Source: Candidatus Heimdallarchaeota archaeon B3_Heim
Lineage (GTDB): Archaea; Asgardarchaeota; Heimdallarchaeia; Hodarchaeales; Hodarchaeaceae
Reading direction: 5' to 3'
NCBI GenBank assembly: GCA_003144275.1
Contig: NJBF01000031.1
Location: 1 to 32,000 of the forward strand
Length of the DNA: 32,000 nucleotides
A model generated the notes under the pieces. That model had not been told where the DNA came from. It saw only the letters and a list, made by a program, of their open reading frames with translations, and ran no database searches. Positions 18,377 through 28,100 of the stretch are shown here, piece after piece (the stretch's first letter is position 1; every line of letters begins with the position of its first letter). A program made the position numbers and the translations under genes.

Positions 18377-19222
18377 TTGGTAGTAAAAGTGGTCGATAAT
18401 CTCGATTACGATCTAATAAAGCCCAAGAAAGGCTCTCTTCCACATTTAGTGTTTATACATGGTGCTGGTGGTGATAAAAGCCAGTGGGATTCACAAATTG
18501 ATTTTTTATCAGGAAAGGGATATGGAGTTCTCACGATAAGTTTACCAAATCATGGAAAAAGCATATCAGAACCTAATGTTTCTCTTACTCAAGATTCTGA
18601 TGGTAGGAAATCGCTAATTAATGACTATACAAATGATATTGTTGGATTGATATCATTCTTAGAGTTACAAAATTACAGTCTTGTAGGACACTCAATGGGA
18701 GGAGCCATTGTCTTAAACTTCGTCCTCCTAGCTGATAGAGGAGTAGTTAACGATTCTCAACCTTTACCTAAAACAATATTTCTGATTGGTACTGGAGCTA
18801 AACTGAATATTGCACCAGTTTTTTTCGATTTACTAAAGGATGATTTCAATGAGGCCCTAAAATTGATGAGTAAATTCAGCTACGGATCAAAGGCAGATCG
18901 ATCTATAAAGCTCAAAAATCAGAATATACTCACAAATAATGGTAAGAGCATATTATATGATGATCTTGAGGCTTGTCGACATTTTGATGTGAGAGAGGAT
19001 CTAAAGAAGATTAAAATTCCAACAGTCATTATATGCGGTGACCAAGATCAAATGACTCCCCCTAAGTTCTCACAATATCTCAATGAAAATATCTCTAAGT
19101 CCCAGCTTTTCCTCATACCCGATGCGGGACATTTTGTTTTTCAAGAGGCACCAACTCAAGTAAATACCGTTATTCACCAAACGATTTTATCTGGAATGGA
19201 TAATTACTCTTTCATCCAGTAA
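18377..19222 (+). CDS. Alpha/beta-fold hydrolase
   Basis: FIHGAGG oxyanion loop, GHSMGG nucleophile elbow, GDQD acid and AGH histidine. Confidence 0.88.
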   Translation: MVVKVVDNLDYDLIKPKKGSLPHLVFIHGAGGDKSQWDSQIDFLSGKGYGVLTISLPNHGKSISEPNVSLTQDSDGRKSLINDYTNDIVGLISFLELQNYSLVGHSMGGAIVLNFVLLADRGVVNDSQPLPKTIFLIGTGAKLNIAPVFFDLLKDDFNEALKLMSKFSYGSKADRSIKLKNQNILTNNGKSILYDDLEACRHFDVREDLKKIKIPTVIICGDQDQMTPPKFSQYLNENISKSQLFLIPDAGHFVFQEAPTQVNTVIHQTILSGMDNYSFIQ

Positions 19223-19386
19223 AAATGAGTCCTGAATTAATCTCAATAACTCCTGATTCCGCAGAGTGGCGTAATCAAGATTATGAAGCCTTTACGGATG
19301 CTTATCTTCGTGATCGTGTTGAAGAGCTTGATATAGCGGTTATTGATTATCGTGAAATTCGCGATACTATACGAAAACAAAAATAG
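19204..19386 (+). pseudogene. C-terminal remnant of a YdjC/ChbG-family deacetylase (53-aa ORF from ATG 19225; not in the ORF track)
   Basis: The frame reads LLFHPVKMSPELISITPDSAEWRNQDYEAFTDAYLRDRVEELDIAVIDYREIRDTIRKQK*. It resembles the YdjC C-terminus (HP motif, R-x-x-D/E, I-x-x-I-x-Y). An in-frame TAA at 19201-19203 closes it upstream. Confidence 0.5.
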
Positions 19387-19434
19387 CTTAGGTTTAATAG
19401 GGCGGATTTCCTGCTTAAAACTAAGGTATTGTAA

Positions 19435-20709
19435 ATGTTTAGTGTTTTAGAAATTCGTTTTGTAGATATTCATGGTAAGCTTAAAGCAATGAATGTTCCA
19501 GTCAACATTCATGACCTTCAAACGGCTCAATCAGATCCAATTTTTGCAGAAGGAGCAAATATTGATGGTAGTTCCATTGCTGGATTTACTCCTCTTGAAA
19601 ATTCTGACCTACATTTAATTCCAGAGGCGGATAGTATAATTGAGCTTTCCTATACAGAGGAACCAAAAATTGCAGCGATGTGTGAGGTTCGTCAGCACAA
19701 TAAAATTTTCGTTGGGGATACTCGTTCCCGCTTAAAAGCCATTATTGATGAAAAGTTAACTTCTCGTGGATGGACGCTAAAAGTTGGCCCAGAACCTGAA
19801 TTTTTTCTATTAAAAGATAACAAACCAGTCGATACTGGAGAATATGCAGATATTTTTCCTAATGCCATCGCAGAGGGGGTCATTAAACGTTTTCCCTCTC
19901 ATTTAGAAAAAGCAGGAATCACCTGCAAGGTGCATCATCATGAAGTAGGGTCAGGACAATATGAGATCGAGATAAAGCATTCTGAGGTATTACATGCAGC
20001 AGATTCAATTGTCACCTACAAAGCTATCGTGAGAGCGTTAGCAGCTAAAATAGGTTATTCTGCTACTTTTATGCCTAAGCCATTTGGAGACGCAAATGGG
20101 AATGGTATGCATTTTCACCTCTCTCTTTGGGAGGGTGAAGACAATCTCTTTGCGACGGAGAATCCAAGCGAAGTATCAACGATGGGACAACAATTTATGG
20201 CTGGAATACTTGATCATGCGGAAGCTTTAACTGTAATAGTAGCACCCACAGTGAATTCGTTCAAACGGTTGGTTCCTGGGTTTGAAGCTCCTGTTTATGT
20301 TGCATGGGCTCCCTTAAATAGATCTGCATTATGTCGGGTTCCAATGTTCCAAGATCCATATACTGCTCGGTTTGAATATCGTTGTCCCGATCCAAGCACC
20401 AATCCGTACTTAGCATTAACAGCTGTGATCGCCGCAGGTGTAGATGGTATAGATCGTAAGCTAGATCTTCCTCCTCTCGTCAAATCAAATATCTTTAAAT
20501 TGACCTCTGAAGAGCGAGATAAGTTGGGAATAAAAACTCTTCCAGGAAATCTCTTCCAAGCCCTCACTTGTTTGGAAAATGATCGTGTAATTCAAGAAGC
20601 TATGGGGATACATATTTTCAATCATTTCCTGAAGATTAAGAAAAATGAATGGCTTCAATATTCAACACAAGTTACCGATTGGGATTGGAAGGAATATATT
20701 GACATTTAA
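19435..20709 (+). CDS. glnA: Glutamine synthetase type I
   Basis: DGSSIAGF, GPEPEFFL, HHEVGSGQYEI, FMPKP, GNGMHFHLSL, NSFKRLVPGFEAP (flap Glu present), NRSA, RFEYRCPDPSTNPYLA. Confidence 0.93.
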   Translation: MFSVLEIRFVDIHGKLKAMNVPVNIHDLQTAQSDPIFAEGANIDGSSIAGFTPLENSDLHLIPEADSIIELSYTEEPKIAAMCEVRQHNKIFVGDTRSRLKAIIDEKLTSRGWTLKVGPEPEFFLLKDNKPVDTGEYADIFPNAIAEGVIKRFPSHLEKAGITCKVHHHEVGSGQYEIEIKHSEVLHAADSIVTYKAIVRALAAKIGYSATFMPKPFGDANGNGMHFHLSLWEGEDNLFATENPSEVSTMGQQFMAGILDHAEALTVIVAPTVNSFKRLVPGFEAPVYVAWAPLNRSALCRVPMFQDPYTARFEYRCPDPSTNPYLALTAVIAAGVDGIDRKLDLPPLVKSNIFKLTSEERDKLGIKTLPGNLFQALTCLENDRVIQEAMGIHIFNHFLKIKKNEWLQYSTQVTDWDWKEYIDI

Positions 20710-20718
20710 TAAATAGTA

Positions 20719-21558
20719 GTGATTATATTGAAATTTCGAATAGCCTTAGCTCAGACTCAGTCGCATCAAGCAGATCCCACATCTAATCTACAAGTCATTT
20801 CTGAAATATGTTCAAAAGTTGAATTAGACGAAGAAATCCCTACTATCGTAGTCTTTCCCGAATTATCAGTAACAGGCTATTTGATGCATGATGATGTATA
20901 TCAACTGGCTGAGCCAATTCCGTCTGGACCATTTAGTCAGGAATTAGCCCGTATATCACAAAAAAATAGTTGTTATTTAATTGCAGGTATGCCAGAGTCC
21001 TCTATCCCGGGATTATTATACAACACTGCAGTAATGTTTGGTCCAGAGGGCTTTATTGGAAAAAGTCGCAAAATATTTCTACCTAATCACTCTGTCTTTA
21101 ACGAAAGACGATATTTCAGAAGTTCTCCAACAATAAACGTAATTAACACTCCGATGGGAAAGATCGGAATGCAAATTTGTTATGATATTTTTTGTCCAGA
21201 AATTACCCGCGCTCATGCTCTCTTAGGAGCGCACACGAGCATTTGTATCTCTGCATCTCCAGGTGTACGAAGACAATATTTCGAAACATTTATCCCCGCA
21301 AGAGCAATGGAAAATACTATTAATTTTGTTTATGTAAACCAATCTGGAATTCAAGACGATTTGATATTCTGGGGAGGATCAGAGGTTCGTTCTGCTACAG
21401 GAAAACAAATCGCAAAACTTGAATATAATAAACCTGATTTTGAGGTTTGTACACTATCAACAGATAGCTCACAGAGTGCTAAAAATTTTGTACCTACCTT
21501 GAAGGATTTACCCTCTTGGATATTTAAAACGATAGAAGAGAGTTACTATGACATCTAA
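20719..21558 (+). CDS. Nitrilase-family glutaminase, probable glutaminase subunit of NAD synthetase
   Basis: Triad FPEL / SRKIFLPNHSVFNERRYF / ICYDIF. The K-x-x-LP-x-x-x-x-F-x-E-x-RYF pattern matches the NadE glutaminase domain. It overlaps nadE by 11 nt. Confidence 0.8.
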   Translation: MIILKFRIALAQTQSHQADPTSNLQVISEICSKVELDEEIPTIVVFPELSVTGYLMHDDVYQLAEPIPSGPFSQELARISQKNSCYLIAGMPESSIPGLLYNTAVMFGPEGFIGKSRKIFLPNHSVFNERRYFRSSPTINVINTPMGKIGMQICYDIFCPEITRAHALLGAHTSICISASPGVRRQYFETFIPARAMENTINFVYVNQSGIQDDLIFWGGSEVRSATGKQIAKLEYNKPDFEVCTLSTDSSQSAKNFVPTLKDLPSWIFKTIEESYYDI

Positions 21559-22405
21559 ATCAAGAATTCGCAGTATACCATCTCTTGATGTTACTGTGAC
21601 TAGCGAGCTCATTCAAGATTTTGTAAAGATACGAGTGACTGAAGCCGGAGCAGAAGGAGTGGTAATTGGATTAAGTGGAGGAATAGATTCAGCAGTAGTT
21701 GTTACTCTTGCTGCTAAGGCTTTAGGGTCAAAAAATGTCATTCCAATCTTTCTACAGAATATTAATTCTTCTGAAGCTGATATTACAGATATTAAAGCCC
21801 TGTGTAAAAAATTAAAGCTTGAACTAATCCAATATAACATTCAAGGAGTTATCGACCAATTTTCAGAAAGCATAAGCGAAACAGAAGATTCTTCAGAATT
21901 AGCATGGATGAATATTAAGCCTAGGCTTTTGCAAACATACCTTTATTTTCATGCTAATAAGAAAAATTATTTAGTTTGTGGAGCTGGTAATAAAAGCGAA
22001 ATAATGATTGGATATTTTACTAAGTATGGTGATGGTGGCGTCGATATCCTCCCCATTGGAGATGTTTACAAAACTCAAGTTTATCAACTTGCAGAGTATC
22101 TTAAACTACCTAAATCAATTCTAAAAAAGGTTCCGAGTGCAGGATTAACTAAAGGGCAAACAGATGAGGCTGAAATTGGTATGAGCTATACAGAACTTGA
22201 TTCAGTCTTATATGGCCTAGAAGTATTTCAAACTGATGAACAAATTACCGAACTTACCCAGATTCCACTTTCAACGATTAAAAAAGTCAGATCTATGATT
22301 TATAAAAGTGAACATAAACGACGAGGCCCCATTTTATTCAAATTAGGGGTAAGAACACCCAGTATAGATTGGCGTATACCTTTAATAAAACCCAAGCATA
22401 TCTAA
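21548..22405 (+). CDS. nadE: NAD+ synthetase, synthetase subunit
   Basis: PP-loop GLSGGIDSAVV, GNKSE, GYFTKYGDGG, PIGDVYKTQV, PSAGL, GQTDE, SEHKRR. Confidence 0.92.
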   Translation: MTSKSRIRSIPSLDVTVTSELIQDFVKIRVTEAGAEGVVIGLSGGIDSAVVVTLAAKALGSKNVIPIFLQNINSSEADITDIKALCKKLKLELIQYNIQGVIDQFSESISETEDSSELAWMNIKPRLLQTYLYFHANKKNYLVCGAGNKSEIMIGYFTKYGDGGVDILPIGDVYKTQVYQLAEYLKLPKSILKKVPSAGLTKGQTDEAEIGMSYTELDSVLYGLEVFQTDEQITELTQIPLSTIKKVRSMIYKSEHKRRGPILFKLGVRTPSIDWRIPLIKPKHI

Positions 22406-22442
22406 ATTACATAAAAACAATTATCCACTACTTGGTGTAAAT

Positions 22443-23204
22443 ATGTGTCGTCTTCTTGGGATTTATGGCCCAGTGAAATCGTGGCGGGAAATTCTGAGTG
22501 ATTTTCAAGAATTATCAGAGAAGGGAAAAATCCCAAATATTCCTAACGTGCTACCAGGCCACAAGGATGGATGGGGAATGGCATGTTCTAAACACGATGG
22601 GTCAGGAATGGATCTAGTAGGTAAATATCTCGGTTCTGCACGAGAAGCTCCAGAGTATAGAGAAAAAGTTCACAATTTTCAAAGTCAACCACATACCTTT
22701 CTGTGCCATTTGAGGAAAGCAAGCCCGAGCATTCCGATTTCTTTACCAAATTGTCATCCTTTTCTTTCTGCAGGCTGGGCATTTATCCATAATGGCACAG
22801 TTTACAAGGCAGAAAATTTGGAAAATGCCTCTAGGTTCCAAATGACATCTGATAATTCTGATTCAGAGTTTTTATTCCATTATCTACTGAGACATATACT
22901 CGAAGAAGAAAGTATAGAACATAGAATAGAGAGATTGATTGAAAGTCTTTTGAAGATGAATTTGAAGTTCTCATCACTAAACTCGATATTAAGTAATGGA
23001 TCAGAAATGTATGTTATTCGGTATGCCGCTGAACACCATGATTATTTTACACTGTTTTATAATGAAACTGGATCAGGAGTAATTGTTAGTTCTGAATTAA
23101 TAGGTGTGCAAGAAGTACGAGAAGGTATCTGGACTGAGATGCAAAACCGAAGCGTTTTATCTATCTCCAGTGATTCTCCTAAAGCAAAATTGACCAGATT
23201 CTAA
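22443..23204 (+). CDS. Class II glutamine amidotransferase (YafJ/EgtC/Dug3-like Ntn hydrolase)
   Basis: N-terminal nucleophile MCR, HKDGWG, HLRKAS, NCHPF, FIHNGT, SDSE, LNSILSNG. Confidence 0.85.
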   Translation: MCRLLGIYGPVKSWREILSDFQELSEKGKIPNIPNVLPGHKDGWGMACSKHDGSGMDLVGKYLGSAREAPEYREKVHNFQSQPHTFLCHLRKASPSIPISLPNCHPFLSAGWAFIHNGTVYKAENLENASRFQMTSDNSDSEFLFHYLLRHILEEESIEHRIERLIESLLKMNLKFSSLNSILSNGSEMYVIRYAAEHHDYFTLFYNETGSGVIVSSELIGVQEVREGIWTEMQNRSVLSISSDSPKAKLTRF

Positions 23205-23210
23205 GTTATA

Positions 23211-24986
23211 TTATGGTTCAATCTTTGCTCGAATTCTCATCAAGCCTGTACCAATATTCTTCTGTTTTTGAATGGTAAATGTGCCAATTTCTTTGGTGTT
23301 TTTTACATGAGGACCAGTACAAATCTCTTTGGAAAAACTTCCAATTGAATATACAGAAACGTTAGTTTGGTATTTATCTTCAAAGAATCCTAGTGCCCCA
23401 CTTGCCTTTGCTTCTTTAGGGGTGAGGATTTCGCTTTTAACGGCTAGTCCCTCTTTGATCTTTTTGTTTACAAGTTGTTCTACTTTCTCGATTTCTGCTG
23501 GCAAAAGTTTTTCAGAATGAGTGAAATCGAATCTTGTTCTTTCTGGGGTAATGTTACTACCTTTTTGTTCAACATGATCCCCTAACACCTCTCTTAGTGC
23601 TTGTTGTAACAGATGAGTAGCTGTATGCAGTCGAGTTGTTTTTTCTGTATGGTCTGAAAGGCCACTCTTGAAAGTTCCTGAAGTTGCTTTCCGTGATAGA
23701 TCTTTATGATGGGTAAATTCTTTTTGAAATGCTTGGGTGTCAATTGTAATATTCTTTTCATTCGCAATTTCCAACGTCATTTCTAGTGGGAAACCGAAAG
23801 ATGTGAATAGAAGAAATGCATCTTGACCTGTTAATGTCCCTGTTTCATCTAATATTTTACCCAAACGTTTAAGTCCACGTTTTAATGTGGTAGAAAACTT
23901 ATTTTCTTCTTGGGTTAAATTAATCATAATAAAATTCTTATTTCTTTCTAGCTCGGGATAGATATCTGAATATAAACTCATGACAATTTCTGCCAGTGTA
24001 GGGAGAAAGCGTTGTTTGATATTTAATAAATTCCCTTGACGAATAATCCCTCGAATAAATCTTCTAAGGACGTAACCCTGCCCTAAATTGGAGGGGGAGA
24101 CACCTTTGTCATCTCCTAATATAAAGGTTGCAGATCTTATGTGATCTGCAATAATGTTTATCGATTTACGTTGTTCTTCGGTAGGCTCAGTATTAATTTT
24201 TGCAAATCGCTTTATACGCTCATTAATGGGTTGAATTGTATCTATCTCGTGAATTGTTGTTGCACCATTAAGTACAGCAATTGTGCGTTCAATACCCATT
24301 CCTGTATCAACATTGTGTTGAGCTAATTTCCCAAACGAACCATCTGCTAACTTATTATAGCTCATAAAAACATCGTTCCAGATTTCAAAGTATTTTCCAC
24401 AATGACAGCCAGGACGACATGTCTTTGAGCAGGGGACTTTTCCCGTATCAAAAAACATCTCCGTATCAGGACCACAAGGGCCCGTAGCTAACCCCCACCA
24501 ATTATCTTCTCTTGGTAATAAATAGATTCGGGCTTCTGGTATGCCCAATGACTTCCAAATTTCATAAGATTCAGTATCTTGAGGTACTTCATCATCTCCA
24601 GCGAATACAGTGACTGAAAGACGATCAACATCTATACCTAACCACTTTGGATCCGTAAGGAATTCCAAACTCCATTTAATTGCATCTTCTTTAAAATAAT
24701 CACCCAAAGACCAATTTCCAAGCATTTCAAAGAAAGTAAGATGAGTTGGATCACCCACTTCTTCGATATCACCAGTTCGGATACATTTTTGGCTATTCGT
24801 AAGCCTTTTCCCAGAGGGGTGAGGTTGACCTTTGAAGTAGGGTTGCAAAGGGTGCATCCCTGCAGTGGTAAAAAGAACGGTAGGATCATTTTCCGGAAAA
24901 ATAGATGCAGATTGAAGGATTGTATGCCCTTTCTGTCTGAAAAATTCAAGATATTTTTCTCGCAGTTCATTAGATTTCATATACAT
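23211..24986 (-). CDS. alaS: Alanyl-tRNA synthetase, short form (aminoacylation and editing domains, no C-Ala)
   Basis: LFTTAGMHPL, QKCIRTGDIEEVGD, HLTFFEMLGNWSLGDYFKE, EIWNDVFM, VDTGMGIER, IIADHIRS, editing HTATH and CTGPH. It ends shortly after the editing domain. The start may be the second Met (24980). Confidence 0.93.
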   Translation of the reverse strand: MYMKSNELREKYLEFFRQKGHTILQSASIFPENDPTVLFTTAGMHPLQPYFKGQPHPSGKRLTNSQKCIRTGDIEEVGDPTHLTFFEMLGNWSLGDYFKEDAIKWSLEFLTDPKWLGIDVDRLSVTVFAGDDEVPQDTESYEIWKSLGIPEARIYLLPREDNWWGLATGPCGPDTEMFFDTGKVPCSKTCRPGCHCGKYFEIWNDVFMSYNKLADGSFGKLAQHNVDTGMGIERTIAVLNGATTIHEIDTIQPINERIKRFAKINTEPTEEQRKSINIIADHIRSATFILGDDKGVSPSNLGQGYVLRRFIRGIIRQGNLLNIKQRFLPTLAEIVMSLYSDIYPELERNKNFIMINLTQEENKFSTTLKRGLKRLGKILDETGTLTGQDAFLLFTSFGFPLEMTLEIANEKNITIDTQAFQKEFTHHKDLSRKATSGTFKSGLSDHTEKTTRLHTATHLLQQALREVLGDHVEQKGSNITPERTRFDFTHSEKLLPAEIEKVEQLVNKKIKEGLAVKSEILTPKEAKASGALGFFEDKYQTNVSVYSIGSFSKEICTGPHVKNTKEIGTFTIQKQKNIGTGLMRIRAKIEP

Positions 24987-25062
24987 ACTACCTCGGGAAA
25001 TTTAGCTTACAGGATTCTATTTGACTTGATTCAAAGGTGTTAATTATGTTAAATTCTAGAAC

Positions 25063-25075
25063 CAATTTTGCAATT
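25063..25075. repeat. Left copy of a 13-bp inverted repeat (caattttgcaatt) flanking the 1180-aa gene
   Basis: Exact reverse complement of 28766-28778. Confidence 0.5.
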
Positions 25076-25147
25076 CTGTTAACACTGTTGCAGAGGGTAT
25101 TAGAAACGTCTAAGCCACCATTTTTTATGAATAATGATGACAAAAGA

Positions 25148-28100
25148 TTATTCTTTGGGGAAGATTGGATAATAATCTGAAAACAGTTTATCACCATAGT
25201 AACTTAGAAGCTTTATTACTGAGTTTTTCAAGAAAGTCCCTTCCCCTTTAGCTCTTATTGCTTCAGGTAGGAATTGATCAATGATACGCGTTGTCGGAGA
25301 GTCTGTTTGCGAAATTTTCATTCCTGAATGAGTCCTCTTCTCAAGGTTCTGAATAACTAGCTCTTTAAGCTCTTCTTCAGAGAAATTTTGCTTTTTCTGT
25401 CGTTTGAAGTTAATAACGTGTATTGCTGAAATAACCTCCATAAATCGTCCAATTTCTTCGACAGTATTCCCCCAATATGAAATAATTATTGCATTGTGAT
25501 CTTTTGCAATATTTGTGAGTCCATTTAAAGACACTCCACTGGGGATAAATTCCAGTTGTAGATTATTGATTGAATAATTTATCGGATCGTAATTTCCTGC
25601 TGTTTTCAACCAATCAAGTAAATAAATTTCTGCATTAATTTCGTTTTTATTTTTCCCAATTGGTCGTAATAATTTATTCTGAAATACGTCTGAACCTATG
25701 TGACCTATTTTTGTAATTCCATCAGGGAGTGGTATTAGATGTTCTGGTGAGACAGTATCATGACCTGTCATTTCAGTAAAGACAGCTTTGCTTAGATTTA
25801 ATGGACTCAAGTCTGTATCTTTGTTTGTGAAATTTACTAATAATTCCCTTACCTCTTGATTTTCCATGAGTGCAGCTGCTAATCCAGAAAAACCATTGTT
25901 ATATGTTTCACTCCAAAATCGAACAGGGTCTATTGTTAATGGGCCAAATCTTGAAGTCGTAGCCTCAGAAAACTGGTAGCAAATAGCAGTCTTTTTAATA
26001 GGTGCGATATAAGTAGCTTTAAGTAAAGATTTAGCTAATTCTTTGACAGTAATTTTACTTCCTATTAATTCCCACCATTGTTCTAAGTTCTTGCATTCTG
26101 CTTTATAATAGTCTGCAATTTCTTGTAGCTCTGAAAAAAGATGTTTGAAAAGAGAGCTTGATTTATCGAATAGGAATACATCAAAATTTTCTTTGATATC
26201 AATGGTAACTACCGAATCATCAACTTTCCTCTCCATATAATATTCTTTCAAGCGTAATAATATAGGACGTGTCTTATCAATCTGTTTAATGGTCTTACGC
26301 TCTTCATTCCATAATTTTTCAAAGAAATTATCAATTGTTTCTGGACTTATCCTTAATTTATACGCTTGCTGGAATACAGCACCATTAGGTATCGAAGTTT
26401 CTGAAAATAGAGCATTAAGTATTGATTTCTTGATAGAATAAGGCATATATCCCTCAATTTCACCCAATTTGATAATAGATGATTTTTCCCTGGAGAATTG
26501 CCACTTCTCAAAAAATTCAGATGATACAAATCTTTTCTCGGCAGAGTTGTTTTTGAATGGAAGTCCTTCTGGATTCCATACAGAATTTTTATTTCTGATC
26601 AACCACAGTTCTTCTTCAAGAGTCAATGGGTTCTTAATTCTAACTTCAATTAGAGGGTTTTTACCATCAATTTTCTGACTGAATTTTAACCACTCCGCTA
26701 TCAAAGTGGTATTTTTGAGATTTGGGAATGCTGCAATTGTCTTATCGTGTAGAATTTCCGCTTCCTTGATGTCTTTTTTTAACCTGAGTCTTGGGTGATC
26801 ATCCTTACGATGGATATAGAGTAATGGGGAATCGCATTGCCTTTGTATCTTATTATATATTCTCCACATATCAATAGAAGGTTTATTTTTTGAATCTACA
26901 AATTTATTCCATGCTTTCACGAAGTTCCTTTGTGAATTATCATCATAATTGAAAATTTTACTATTCAAGTGAAGTCTCTCAAGAATGGTATCCAAATTAA
27001 CTTTCACACTATTTGAGTCTTCTTTCCTGAAGAATCTTTTATTTCTCCTCTCATTACTCCCTTGTTCATTAACGACCTTGTTTCCTTTAGCTCTTACTTG
27101 TTTTTTTGCGACATCCGGCTTGTTTATTTGATGGTATCTATCTGTAGTTAAGGGAATTATCTTTGGAGCATAATTTTGCAGGAACTTGACAAGTGATTTG
27201 TATCCTCCCTTCTCCAGATCATTTTTCCCCTTTCTGCTTAGATTGTTGTAATAATGCCAAAATGAACCTATCAATGAATATTCAATAGCTTTTTTAGAAT
27301 AATTTGGTTTTAACGCTTTAATAGCCGGTCTGTTCTTAGCCTTTAATCTTATTTCTGAAGCAAAAACAGATTGGAATTCGTTCCATATTTGTCTCATTGC
27401 TTTTTCATATGAATGTCGAGTAACCCCTGTGAAAACTGAAAATTTATTTCTTTTTCCAAACAGAATATTCATCAAATCGTTGAGTGAATTTCCATGTAAT
27501 TCTCTCTTTGTGGGTGAGAAGTAGTTCCATTTTGGTTCATTCTTAATAACCCATACCCGCTTCATATCTGAAGGAAGCTCAGCTACTTGATTTTTTGTTA
27601 AATCCAATAAGAAGAGCCTACGTTGATTTTTTGCGTTAGTTTTTTTTTCAAATCCAGTAAACCAGTCACGATGCCACTCTAATCTGAAACCTGGCTTGTT
27701 CTGGTTTTTTATTAGCTGGTTGAACACCTTTTCATCTAATAATTGTAATGATCTTTGATTATCTTTCTTGTAGACAAATGATAAATTAGGATAGGTTCCA
27801 GTAGCACTAAATTCAGCTAATTTGTTATATATTTGCGAATCTATGGGTATTTTTGACTGTAATTGCGTATTTACTTCACTAATTAACTGGTTAACGTGTT
27901 TCTGCTTATTAAATGCCTTTTCTTTCTCCTGTACATCTGTAGAACTTCTCTTTTGATTTTTTTCCAGTGATGTTTCTTGTTTACTGCAATTTTCCCCCTC
28001 GTCTTCAATATTTTGTTTTTTGACCTGTATATCTTTTTGACCTGTTCTTAAAGATTTTTTTTCAGAAAGAGGTAATAATCTTTTTTCATTACCTTCTTGA

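Noticed and set aside
19387-19434. Longer N-terminus for glnA
   Set aside because: An in-frame TAA lies immediately before the ATG at 19435, so the slightly short N-terminus is accepted.
25500-25800. PD-(D/E)xK nuclease motif in the orphan C-terminus (PDG...SD...AEI)
   Set aside because: There is no E-x-K at plausible spacing; not supportable without a profile or structure search.
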